Source of the DNA: an uncultured Acidobacteriota bacterium
GTDB taxonomy: Bacteria > Acidobacteriota > UBA6911 > RPQK01 > JAPXNP01
DNA: 64,000 nt
Assembly (NCBI GenBank): GCA_963777605.1
Contig: CAVZRV010000007.1
Span: 96,001-160,000 of the forward strand
Direction of reading: 5' to 3'
The translations under genes and the position numbers were made by a program. Shown piece by piece: positions 1-9,260 of the stretch. The notes under the pieces are model-generated. The model saw nothing but the letters and a program-made list of their open reading frames with translations, had not been told where the DNA came from and made no database searches. The first letter of the stretch is position 1. The number at the start of each line of letters is the position of its first letter.

Positions 1-665
1 TCCGCCCAAATTCGTCAATGTGGGTGTTCTACGTCGAGCTTTTCCTGCTGGAAGAAGAGTCGGCGGACGAGCGAATAGCCGTTGGTGTGGAGTCCGGAGG
101 ACGCCAGTCCGATCAGAACGTCACCGGAACCGACCCGATCCGGAGTAAATACCTTCCCTTGATCGGCAATCCCGACGATAAAGCCGGCCAGGTCATATTC
201 GCCCGCCTGGTAGAAGTCCGGCATTTCGGCCGTCTCTCCACCCAGCAGGACACACTGGGACTGCTTGCAGCCTTCCGCCAGTCCTTCGACCACTTGCTCG
301 ATGACCGCAGGTTCGAGTCGGCCGGTTGCGATGTAGTCCAGGAAGAAGAGGGGCATGGCGCCGAGGACCAGAATGTCATCGGTACAGTGAGACACGATGT
401 CGATCCCGACCGTGTTGTGGATCCCCGTCATGAATGCAATCTTCAGTTTGGTTCCGACCCCGTCGGCACTGGCCAGCAGAACCGGGCTGGCCATTCCGGA
501 AAGCTCCGGTCGGAAGACTCCGGCGAAGCTGCCGATCTCCGTCAGCACGCCGGAATTGAATGTCGAGCGGGCAAGTTCCTTGATGCGCTTCTTGGCACGA
601 TTGGCGGCATCGATATCGACACCGGACTGGCTGTAGGTCAGTCCGGATCCTGGTTTGGAAGTCAC
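1..665 (-). CDS. purM: Phosphoribosylformylglycinamidine cyclo-ligase (AIR synthase), 5' part; apparent indel near nt 30; runs off the window
   Basis: TYSQSGVDI, DGVGTKL, FFLDY, GGETAEMP and SSGLHTNGYSL motifs; GTG at 665 with GAAGGAG RBS; the ORF stops at 15 but another frame continues THIDEFGR. Confidence 0.95.
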
Positions 666-776
666 GTTGATTCTCCTTCTCGAAAGCAGGCGCCATGTTA
701 ATACGCGCACCGCACTCCAGCAACCTTTCCCAATGATTATCCACCCGATTGTGCTACCCTATCGCGTCTAGAGTTC

Positions 777-3578
777 ATGCCGCTGAAGGAAATCGCGATC
801 CCGCTCAGAGAAGTGTTGCGTCTCCGGCCCGAGCAGCGAAACTCCGTCCTGCTGCTGGCGGCTTACTTCTTTCTCGCCCTGGCTTCGGTCAGCCAGGTCA
901 AGTCGATTCAAAACGCCGTCTACCTGAGTAAGATCGGGTTCGATTGGCGCCTGCCCAGCCTCTACCTGACTCTCGCAGTTCTCGCAGGACCAATTGTCCT
1001 CATCTACCGTTACCTGGCGAAAAGGCTCTCCCACCTTTTGATTACCAGCCTGACGATCGTCACGCTCGGAACCGGGCTCGCCCTCTTCTGGTCGATCATC
1101 AGCCGGGACGGCAATAGTGTCTGGACCTACCAAGCCTTCTACCTCTGGGGGGCAATCTTTACTGTCCTGGTACCGACGCAGGGCTGGCTCTTCTCGTACC
1201 AACTATTCCCTCCCCGAACCGCAAAACACGCTTTCGTAATCCTGGGAGCGGGAGGAGTTCTTGGAGGCGCCGTCGGGGGCTACTATACAGCCCTGACCGC
1301 GCCGCTGTTCGGTACCCGCGGACTGTTGCTTCACGTCATGGGGATCCTGATCGTGCTCCAGTTCATCCTCTGCGGTGTCTCCTGGCTGAATCGAAAGGCT
1401 GCAGGGTCTCATCTTCGCCTTTCCCGCCCGGAGGCCGGTGCGGAGCGGGTCAATCCCCTGCGAGCCATCACGAAGTCGCGACTCATGACCCGTTTTGTCC
1501 TGGTCATCCTTCTGACGGGATTGGCCAGCACCCTGATCGATCTTCAGTACAAGTGGGCACTGGAGTTTCGTTACGCAGGTTCAGAGGCCTCCATCACCCA
1601 GTTTTTCGGTGGGCTGATCGGGACCACGTTCGTTCTCTCCGCAGTCGCCCAGTTGCTTGGAACCGGATGGGTGCTGCGCCGGTTTGGATTGGGTGTCGGA
1701 CTCGTCGTCCTCCCGGTCGCTCTCCTGGCGGGCGCCTTCGGAGTTGTTGCCACTGCCGCATTCTGGTCCATCGTTTTCGCCAAGGGCATCGACGGCACGC
1801 TTCGGACGTCCATCGAGCAAACGAGTGTCGAACTCCTTTACGTCCCGGTCGGCGATCGCCAGACGATTCCCCTCAAGAGTTTCATGGAACTGGTGGTATT
1901 TCGCATCGGCGACGGACTCGGGGCAGCGTTCTTCCTGGTGGCGGCCAGCATCGGAGTGGAGAGCATCCGGATCGCCGGGGCGATCGTGGTCGTCACTGCA
2001 ATCCTCTGGATCGTGGCAGCGCTCCAGATTTCGGATGAGTACGCGAACCTGCTCCGAAGAAGTCTCGAAAGAATGGGGCCCCAAGCCGGGCGGCGCGCGA
2101 TCATGCTCAGCGAAGCGACTGCCGAGCAGACTATCGTCACGGCACTGGCGAGTCAGAACCCGAGGAAGATCCGATCCGCCCTTCAACTGCTGGTCTTGCA
2201 GAAGCCAGAGTATCAAGTCGCTGACTTCTCTTCTCTCGACTTTTCGGGAGAGATGGTCACCTTGGACGTCTCAGGAGCCTACTCGGCAAGACTGGCTCCT
2301 CCCCGCTGGCTGCGCCCGGTTCGCGGTCTGACCCGCCACGACGATCCAGAAGTTGCCGCACTTGCCCAATTCCTGATGATTCGAAACGGAGTTCATGGTT
2401 TCGTGCGTCGACTCCGGATCAGTCTTCACTCGAACCGCATCCCCTCGGCGAGGGATCTCATCTACCTCGAGCGCTATGCCGAGAACCCGGCGGAAATGCT
2501 CTCCCCGGAAACGGCCCTGCAATGGTGTGAATCGGCAACCGAACAGGAATCACTGCTGCTGGCCTCCGTTTTCGGTGCCACGCAAGATCGTTCATATCGC
2601 CCGATCCTGCTTCGTTGGGCCGCGGAAGGGAGTTTGGCCCGCCGGAGGGCAGCCCTTGTCGCGATCGGAAACATCCACGATCCCTCCGACCAGGCACTCC
2701 TCGTCGGCCAACTCTCCGAGAACTGGAGCCGGCGGGCTGCTGTTCGTGCACTTTCTCGATACGGTGACTCCATCCTGGAGCGACTCTCTGAGTCTCTTCG
2801 CAGCCCCAGCCTGGACATCCGAGCAAAGAGAGAAATTCCGTCGATCCTCGCCAGCATCGATTCCAGCCGATCCCGTGGACTTCTCGTCTCCGCCCTCTAC
2901 AGTCACGACTCGAAAGTGGCCTACCGCGCCCTCAGAGAGATGAACCGGATCCGCGATCGTGGTAGCGATCTGTCCTACAGCGGGGAGTCGTTTCTGCCGC
3001 TTCTTCAGATTTGGGCCCGGGAATACTACGGGCTCCTGAACATGGATCTCGTTCTCCGCGCCCATGGATCGTCGGCCTCACGACTCCTGCAGAAGGCGCT
3101 CAAGGAGCACATCAACTCGGCGATCGAGAAGATCTTCCGCGGCCTGGACCTCTTTCTGCCCCACGGGGACGCATATTTCTCTTACCTGGGGTTCACCAGT
3201 CCCCACAATGAGCTGAGGGAAAATGCGATCGAGTTGATCGACTCCCGGGTCAGGGGCGAACTTCGGCAGACGCTCCTGCCGATATTCTCGGAGATCCACC
3301 CCTGTGACGTGGTCCGGAAGGGGCGGGAGATCTTCAAACTCCCCTCCGACCCGGAGTCGGTTCTGGCCGAGGCCTTCTTTCAGGTAGATCCGTGGCTCAA
3401 ATGCTGTACTATCGGTGCGGTTGCCTGCGAGCGAATCGCCGGACTCAAGGATCTGGTGCGGCAGGCATGTGACGACATCAACCCCCTGGTAAGGGAGACT
3501 GCCCAATGGGCCTTGCGCACCTGGGACGAACAGAAGGCTGCTCCCGGAGAATCCATCTTCCATGCTGACGGTATTTGA
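777..3578 (+). CDS. Npt1/Npt2 (TLC ATP/ADP translocase-like) MFS transporter fused to HEAT repeats
   Basis: About 12 hydrophobic segments in the N-terminal ~420 aa with KSFMELVVFRIGDGLG and ELLYVPV motifs; C-terminal HEAT-like repeats (RRAALVAIG, RRAAVRALS, DINPLVRETAQWAL). Confidence 0.8.
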   Translation: MPLKEIAIPLREVLRLRPEQRNSVLLLAAYFFLALASVSQVKSIQNAVYLSKIGFDWRLPSLYLTLAVLAGPIVLIYRYLAKRLSHLLITSLTIVTLGTGLALFWSIISRDGNSVWTYQAFYLWGAIFTVLVPTQGWLFSYQLFPPRTAKHAFVILGAGGVLGGAVGGYYTALTAPLFGTRGLLLHVMGILIVLQFILCGVSWLNRKAAGSHLRLSRPEAGAERVNPLRAITKSRLMTRFVLVILLTGLASTLIDLQYKWALEFRYAGSEASITQFFGGLIGTTFVLSAVAQLLGTGWVLRRFGLGVGLVVLPVALLAGAFGVVATAAFWSIVFAKGIDGTLRTSIEQTSVELLYVPVGDRQTIPLKSFMELVVFRIGDGLGAAFFLVAASIGVESIRIAGAIVVVTAILWIVAALQISDEYANLLRRSLERMGPQAGRRAIMLSEATAEQTIVTALASQNPRKIRSALQLLVLQKPEYQVADFSSLDFSGEMVTLDVSGAYSARLAPPRWLRPVRGLTRHDDPEVAALAQFLMIRNGVHGFVRRLRISLHSNRIPSARDLIYLERYAENPAEMLSPETALQWCESATEQESLLLASVFGATQDRSYRPILLRWAAEGSLARRRAALVAIGNIHDPSDQALLVGQLSENWSRRAAVRALSRYGDSILERLSESLRSPSLDIRAKREIPSILASIDSSRSRGLLVSALYSHDSKVAYRALREMNRIRDRGSDLSYSGESFLPLLQIWAREYYGLLNMDLVLRAHGSSASRLLQKALKEHINSAIEKIFRGLDLFLPHGDAYFSYLGFTSPHNELRENAIELIDSRVRGELRQTLLPIFSEIHPCDVVRKGREIFKLPSDPESVLAEAFFQVDPWLKCCTIGAVACERIAGLKDLVRQACDDINPLVRETAQWALRTWDEQKAAPGESIFHADGI

Positions 3579-4020
3579 AAAAGTCCTGATTCTGCAGGAC
3601 CTGGAGTTTTTCTCCTTCGCCAATACCGAACACCTGGCGGAGTTTGCTGCCCGCTGCCGCGTCCTCGACGTGGAAAAGGGTTCCGTTCTATTCCGGCAGG
3701 GAGACCCGGGCAATGCTCTGCACATCGTCACCTTCGGGCGGGTCAGCCTGGAGCGGGACGGGCAACCGCTCGAGATCGTCGAAAACGATTGTCTGGGTTG
3801 CTGGTCCGTGCTTTCCGAAGGTCCCTGCGAGTACACCGCCTGCACGGAAGACCGCTGTACCCTCCTGGTGATTTCCTTCGAGGACCTGGTTGACTACTTC
3901 ACCACGGAACCTGAATTCAGCTGGGCGATCATGAAACACTTGGCCCGAAGGAGGCTCAAGGGAAATCGACTTGCCGGCGGAAGCCCAAAGAGAATGCGAC
4001 CGGCAGACAAGTCGCGCTGA
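3562..4020 (+). CDS. Stand-alone cyclic nucleotide-binding (Crp/Fnr-like sensory) domain protein
   Basis: MLTVFEKVLILQDLEFF, LFRQGDPGNALHIVTFGRV; overlaps the upstream stop codon. Confidence 0.85.
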   Translation: MLTVFEKVLILQDLEFFSFANTEHLAEFAARCRVLDVEKGSVLFRQGDPGNALHIVTFGRVSLERDGQPLEIVENDCLGCWSVLSEGPCEYTACTEDRCTLLVISFEDLVDYFTTEPEFSWAIMKHLARRRLKGNRLAGGSPKRMRPADKSR

Positions 4021-4030
4021 GATGTCTCGC

Positions 4031-5277
4031 TTAGGTCCTTACTGGGCATTGGCGGCTAGGACCGGAAGGGGCAGACAGCGTCCCGGCTCGGGAGTTCTCT
4101 TTCGGTCGCGTAAACGGAGCGAGTCGCGAATCCTGGATCACGAGAGCCGAGGGTTCCAGCGTGTCGATGAGGTAGAGGCGATCGTCAAACCGGGTTGCGA
4201 TCCGATTTTCTCCCACCACTGTGTGGGCAGCGACGAACCTCCTCGCATCGTACCTGCGCAGGATGCCGGCAATCGCTTTGGTCCCCTCTTCATCCGTCCA
4301 CGTGGCGTAGCCGCGAAACCAGAGCGGACCTTCCGGACTCATACTCAACCAGACCCCATCTTCAGAAAGTCCTGCAGAGCCCGCGTCAGTTGCTCACGAC
4401 CGCCCGTCCCCACTCCGAGCCGGCCCCACGGTCCCTTCCTGTTCATCAGGTTGACTTGTCGATTCACGAACCGAAATGTGTCGCCGAGAGTCGAAGTCGT
4501 ATCGATTACCCGATAGCTGACCAGGGTCTTCCGCAGCGCATCGTGAAGTTCGCGCTCTTTCGCCACTTCCCGGTTCAGTTCATCCAGGTCCATTTTGGCC
4601 AGGGAGGGACGGATCCCGCCGTGGATAAAGATGGAGTCACCGATCTTGACAACTGCAGGAAGCCTCCTGAGCCATCTCCCGTAAGTACCCTCCGGCCCCA
4701 TGGCTTCCAGGTACTCCACAAAACCAGGAGGGTGGCCCTCGAACCAGGTCTTCTTCAACACGGACGGATCAACTGCCTCAAAATCTCCGTACCGTTCCGC
4801 CCGGTGCTTCCGCCACTTCAGGAATTGCTTGAAGGCACTGGCCCGTCTCTGCTCCGAACCTTCGTCGGCGAAGGAGCTGTACGCCTCGGTCGATACATAG
4901 CGGTAGTCGCCGACGATGTTCATCATTTCGTGGTTGCCCATCAGGACGATGACCTGTCCACCCTGGCGAGGTGCTTCCTCCTGCAACTTCATCAAGAGGT
5001 CCATGGTCTCCCGGACGCGGGCTCCGCGATCGGTGAAGTCTCCCAATTGCACAAAGACACTTCGACCACCCGCCCAGTGCAGGGAGTCATCGACCAGTCC
5101 GGTCTTCTGCAGCATTGTCGAGAGGGAGATAAAGTCCCCGTGGACGTCGCCCATGGACACGATACGCTCGGGGTTGATGGAGTCTCCAGAGGCCCGGAGT
5201 TCACCGCCGGCAATCCAACCTGCGATCGCCAAAATCGCGCACACCAATAGTTTCGGAGCCTTTGAACTGCGCCGCAC
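4031..5277 (-). CDS. Exported calcineurin-like metallophosphoesterase (Shewanella-like phosphatase), frameshift at ~4348
   Basis: Signal peptide; GDVHGD, GDFTDRG, MGNHE, HGG in 4345..5277; GPLWFRG, AHT, IDT continue in 4031..4348. Confidence 0.85.
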
Positions 5278-5415
5278 GGCCTAAAGTGGCCCCCTTCCAC
5301 AGAGAATGGGAGTAGTCTAGCAGAAACTCACCCTCACCACGGAAGAATCGGTGACACGCCCAGATTTCGATCGCAAATATAGGCGGATAAAGCGAAAAAT
5401 CGGAGGTCTGGCACC

Positions 5416-5457
5416 AAAAAGAAAACGCCGGGGCAAGTTCAGACTCGCCCCGGGCGT
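5416..5457 (-). terminator. Rho-independent terminator of the ECF operon
   Basis: ACGCC(C)GGGGC stem followed by TTTTCTTTTT on the minus strand. Confidence 0.6.
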
Positions 5458-5563
5458 CAGAACTCACGCCTGGAGGATTCCACCCACTGCACAGGAAGGT
5501 CCGACGGCGCTTGATCAGGGGGGGCAAACGCAATCCCCGGCCCCGCCTGGCTTCGGAGCCGGT

Positions 5564-6535
5564 TCAGTACTTCTGTATGCGCGAATCAAACTCCGAACGG
5601 CTGATTCGACCCGCCTTCAGTTCGCGCACATCGGAAACCTTCACACTGAGGATTTCGACCGTCTGCTCGTCTAACGAATTCCCAAAGAAAACTCCCGGTT
5701 CGTTCGATCCAATCAGCACGAAGTTGATGTGCTCGTTCACTCCGACTTCGGGCATCGAGTCCCCATGACGAGCGAACACGTCAATCAGAGCCGTTTCCAG
5801 GCTCTGCCGGCGCTCCTCAGCTTCCGCCCTGGCCTGTGCCTGCTTCTCCTTTACTTCCTGGAGCCGTTTCTGCATTTCGGCCACCCGCTCCGTAACATCA
5901 CGGTCAGTCAGTTCAGGTTGACTTCGGGAACCGCGCGCTCCGGCAGGGGCCGGTGGCGCTGGCGGTGACGCCGGAGTGGGAGCCACGGCCGGAACCGGCG
6001 CCACTGCGGGTGCCGGTGGCTCGGGCGGTTCCGGAGCTGGAGGAATATCGAATGCGAGATCCACATCGGACGGGGCCAGCGCCTCCATCTCGGCCCGGTG
6101 CTCCTCGATTGCCCTTCGCTGGTCCTCGAACTGCTCGACCTGGGCCTGGAGCAGTTGGAGTTGGGCTCGCATCAGTTCACGACTTTCGCCTCGCTCGAGC
6201 CTTGTCAACCGGGTTTCGACACCTTCCAGCCTGGGCAGATCGAGTTCCGGGGTCTGGGGAACCCGGATGGTAAATACTGCCCCCTGCCCGCGAAGATAGA
6301 AGCCCTCCACACCACTCGCTTCCCAACCGACCACGTAAGGCCCCCGACTTCGGCGATCGCCGTTCTCGTAGGACAGTGTCGTCGAGATGATTCCCTTCAT
6401 CACCTCGATATCGCGACTGATGGCCGGCTGACTCGGATTCGAAGACTGGGCAAGACTGCTTCCCGCAAAAGCGACAGGCACCAGAACGAATAAACCAACG
6501 AAAATGATTGACGCTTTGTATTTGTATGACATCAT
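5564..6535 (-). CDS. Secreted hypothetical protein with coiled coils and a Pro/Ala-rich linker (third gene of ECF operon)
   Basis: Signal peptide, PPAPEPPEPPAPAVAP segment, overlaps the anti-sigma stop codon. Confidence 0.7.
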   Translation of the reverse strand: MMSYKYKASIIFVGLFVLVPVAFAGSSLAQSSNPSQPAISRDIEVMKGIISTTLSYENGDRRSRGPYVVGWEASGVEGFYLRGQGAVFTIRVPQTPELDLPRLEGVETRLTRLERGESRELMRAQLQLLQAQVEQFEDQRRAIEEHRAEMEALAPSDVDLAFDIPPAPEPPEPPAPAVAPVPAVAPTPASPPAPPAPAGARGSRSQPELTDRDVTERVAEMQKRLQEVKEKQAQARAEAEERRQSLETALIDVFARHGDSMPEVGVNEHINFVLIGSNEPGVFFGNSLDEQTVEILSVKVSDVRELKAGRISRSEFDSRIQKY

Positions 6536-7329
6536 CTGGCTCCTTGACGTCCGTCGCTGCGGTTGTCCGCAATTTCGGTGAGGGTTTCAATAATGGCGGT
6601 CGACTGTCCCGCCTGATAACGATTGAATGCTGCGAAACGGCTCAGCACCTGCCGGATCTGGGCAGCATCGGTCCGTCGCTGCTCCGTGAGCAAGTCAACG
6701 GATTCCCCAAGCGCGGTGGTGAACGAGACCTTCAGGTTCTCTTCCTGTGACTCCAGCCGGCCCTCAAATTGTTTCTCCAGGGCGGTCATCGCGAGTTCAA
6801 AGGAAGCACGGTCATCCTGGGACCCCTTCTTCACCAACCCCTCGACTTCGTCTCGAAGCTGGGAAATCCACTGCCGGTTCTCCTCCTGCACGACGGCACG
6901 GATTGCGGCGGTCAGTTCCTCCTGGGACTTCCTCTCGGCTGCCGCCTGGTCGATGGAGCCAAAGTTGACGGCAATCGAGCCGGAACCGACCTCCACTCTT
7001 ACCTGGGAAAGCAACAGGACCAGGGCAATGCCGAATCCGACCAGGAGGAGCGAGGCGAAGGCCCACCTCCAGCCCTGTGAGAGTCCGCTCAGCGGGTTCC
7101 AGGCGGTTCGCTTCCGGGGCAGGTCCTCGTAGACGAAGAAGTGTTGTGGGGCGGGTTCGTCCCTGAGTTCCGAAAGCCCCCCCCAGGTCGCCTCCAGCTC
7201 CGACTGCTCGCGGGAACAGGCTCCGCATTGCGCGAGGTGATTCTTGAGTTCGTCCCGGCGACCGGGATCGAGTTCGCCCGCCAGGTCTTCCTTCAACCAT
7301 TCCCGGTACTGCTCACATGCTTCTTTCAT
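6532..7329 (-). CDS. Zinc-finger (zf-HC2/ZAS) transmembrane anti-sigma factor
   Basis: HLAQCGAC (HxxxCxxC) motif, one TM helix, translationally coupled to the sigma gene. Confidence 0.85.
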   Translation of the reverse strand: MKEACEQYREWLKEDLAGELDPGRRDELKNHLAQCGACSREQSELEATWGGLSELRDEPAPQHFFVYEDLPRKRTAWNPLSGLSQGWRWAFASLLLVGFGIALVLLLSQVRVEVGSGSIAVNFGSIDQAAAERKSQEELTAAIRAVVQEENRQWISQLRDEVEGLVKKGSQDDRASFELAMTALEKQFEGRLESQEENLKVSFTTALGESVDLLTEQRRTDAAQIRQVLSRFAAFNRYQAGQSTAIIETLTEIADNRSDGRQGAR

Positions 7330-7955
7330 ATCGTCGACTGCTCCAACCCGCCAAGGCGGGACTTGAGAATCTCGAGGGCCGCGTAGAAACGTGACTTCAC
7401 CGTGCTTTCGGGCAGGCCCAGAATCTGGGAAATCTCCTGAAAGGTCTCCTCCTGGTAGAACTTGAGTTCCACGACCAGGCGCTGCTGGGGAGAGAGCGCA
7501 ATCAGAGAATCGAGGACCCGGCGCCGGCGTTCTCGCCGATAAATCCGCGCTTCCTGTTCCTGCCGTGTGAAGATCTGGTGGCTACCCTCCGGCAATTCAT
7601 CGAAAGGATGGGACGGAGGCGGCCGTCGTCGAAGCCGGGTCAGACAGTGATTGACGGCGACGCGGTACAGCCAGGTTGAGAAGCGGGCATCCTCCCGGAA
7701 GTTGGCGAGACTTCTGAAAACCGAGAGGAACACCTCCTGTGTCACCTCGGCCGCCTCCTCCCGGTCGTTGAGCGTGCGCAGGACCAGGTTGTAGATCTTC
7801 TGCTCCCACTTCAGGACCAGCCGGTTGAAAGCCCGGTGGTCTCCGTCTCGGGCGGCGCGTACCCACAACAGGTCCTGCTCGGCCTCTTCGGACGAAGCGC
7901 TTCTACGGGCACTCGATTCCAGCACGTCTTCCACCTTCTGATCCTCCAATTCCAT
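7326..7955 (-). CDS. ECF RNA polymerase sigma-70 factor
   Basis: AEVTQEVFL, FSTWLYRVAVN, EISQILGLPESTVKSR (regions 2 and 4). Confidence 0.93.
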   Translation of the reverse strand: MELEDQKVEDVLESSARRSASSEEAEQDLLWVRAARDGDHRAFNRLVLKWEQKIYNLVLRTLNDREEAAEVTQEVFLSVFRSLANFREDARFSTWLYRVAVNHCLTRLRRRPPPSHPFDELPEGSHQIFTRQEQEARIYRRERRRRVLDSLIALSPQQRLVVELKFYQEETFQEISQILGLPESTVKSRFYAALEILKSRLGGLEQSTI

Positions 7956-8493
7956 TCCCTGCTTCTGTCCCCATTAGACGACGGAATGGGGAAATTAGTC
8001 GGACTAATTTCTTGGCGGGCCTGTAAGGATTGGACGAGTTGGAAGAACCAGCGCGGTCGGTTGCAGTGTAATCCAGGCAGCAATGCCTGGCATGTCGCCC
8101 GGGCAGCTTGCCCGGCGATTCTCGTGCTGACCTGAAACTTCGCCGACTGGACCCATGTCCTGACTGCACCGCGAGGAATCGGGAATCGAGAAGCGCGCAT
8201 CGAGAACGGTCCATTACGGAAACTCTGCGTCCGTGGTTTTCGATGCGATCCTGGAGGCTTCGCATTCAGTACGCGAGGGACGCGAGCGCTTCTGCGGACG
8301 CTCTCAGGCCACCAGAAGTGATGCCGAAGGCCGAAACCGTTCGGATGGAGCCAAGATCCAAAATTGGCAATCGATGAACATTCCCAGACAGGCTTGCGTG
8401 CGTACTGAAATGCGGGCGAATCGCAATTGCCGACTGGGACTCGGCAAGTTTCACCTCTGTGAGTGGTCCGGCGGCGCCGGGGGCGGGGCTCAC

Positions 8494-8522
8494 TTGAAAC
8501 ACCCCCCACTCTCGGCTATAAT
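8494..8522 (+). promoter_or_regulatory. Sigma70 promoter of tRNA-Ile
   Basis: TTGAAA(8494)-17 nt-TATAAT(8517), 14 nt before the tRNA. Confidence 0.8.
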
Positions 8523-8536
8523 CCAGCCTTCTGCAT

Positions 8537-8613
8537 GGGCCTATAGCTCAGGTGGCTAGAGCGCGCGCCTGATAAGCGCGAGGTCGGTGGTTCAAGTCCA
8601 CCTAGGCCCACCA
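8537..8613 (+). tRNA. tRNA-Ile(GAT)
   Basis: GGGCCTA/TAGGCCC acceptor stem, TAGCTCAG D arm, CT-GAT-AA anticodon loop (8569-8575), GGTTCAAGTCC T arm, encoded CCA. Confidence 0.97.
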
Positions 8614-8852
8614 TAATCTCCTTCCTGAATGAGACATTTTCAGAGATCAGCGATTCCTGTATGTGCCATCGTCGCTGGTGATTCCCGAAGCGATTTCGGA
8701 ACTACGGTCTCTGGTTAGAGAAGCGAATACCCAGGCCAGCTTCGCGGCCGTCATCTTGCTGGCCCTCTACCTGGGCCCGTCGGTGGAGCTGGAGGTGAGC
8801 GACGCATTGGTCACTCATCTCATCGATGACGTACAGAGGCTATTCTTTCCTG

Positions 8853-8881
8853 TTGACACTCTATATGAAGGCGAGTATATT
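8853..8881 (+). promoter_or_regulatory. Sigma70 promoter of the padR operon with a possible PadR operator
   Basis: TTGACA(8853)-17 nt-TATATT(8876); imperfect palindrome CTATTG-N5-CAAGAG just downstream overlapping the RBS. Confidence 0.65.
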
Positions 8882-8907
8882 TCTATTGGATAACAAGAGG
8901 AGACAGG

Positions 8908-9243
8908 ATGACCGAATCGAAAATCAACATTTTGCAGGGGACGCTGGATCTGCTGGTGCTCAAAACCCTCGAGTCCATGGGGACAATGCACGGCTGGGGA
9001 ATTGCCCGTCGCCTGGAGCAGGTGGCCGACGACCGGATCTTCCTCAATTACGGCACCCTCTACCCGGCACTGATCCGGCTTGAGCAGCGGGGCTGGATCG
9101 AATCGGAGTGGGGCACCTCGGAAAACAACCGCCGTGCCAAGTTCTACGCGCTCACGAAAGCCGGCCGTAAGCAGCTCGAGACCGAGCAGCAGAACTGGCA
9201 CGAGATGGCGAGCATCGTCGGCAAGGTGCTCGGCCAGGCTTAG
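8908..9243 (+). CDS. PadR family transcriptional regulator (acidobacterial type)
   Basis: LQGTLDLLVLKTL, GTLYPALIRLE, WGTSENNRRAKFY. Confidence 0.93.
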   Translation: MTESKINILQGTLDLLVLKTLESMGTMHGWGIARRLEQVADDRIFLNYGTLYPALIRLEQRGWIESEWGTSENNRRAKFYALTKAGRKQLETEQQNWHEMASIVGKVLGQA

Positions 9244-9260
9244 GTGAGGAGAGATCATCA

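Noticed and set aside
5930-6045. Repetitive GC-rich sequence
   Set aside because: Encodes the Pro/Ala linker; not a DNA repeat element
8663-8893. 76-aa ORF after the tRNA, possible transposase or integrase relic
   Set aside because: No catalytic motif, terminal repeats or RBS, and it runs through the padR promoter
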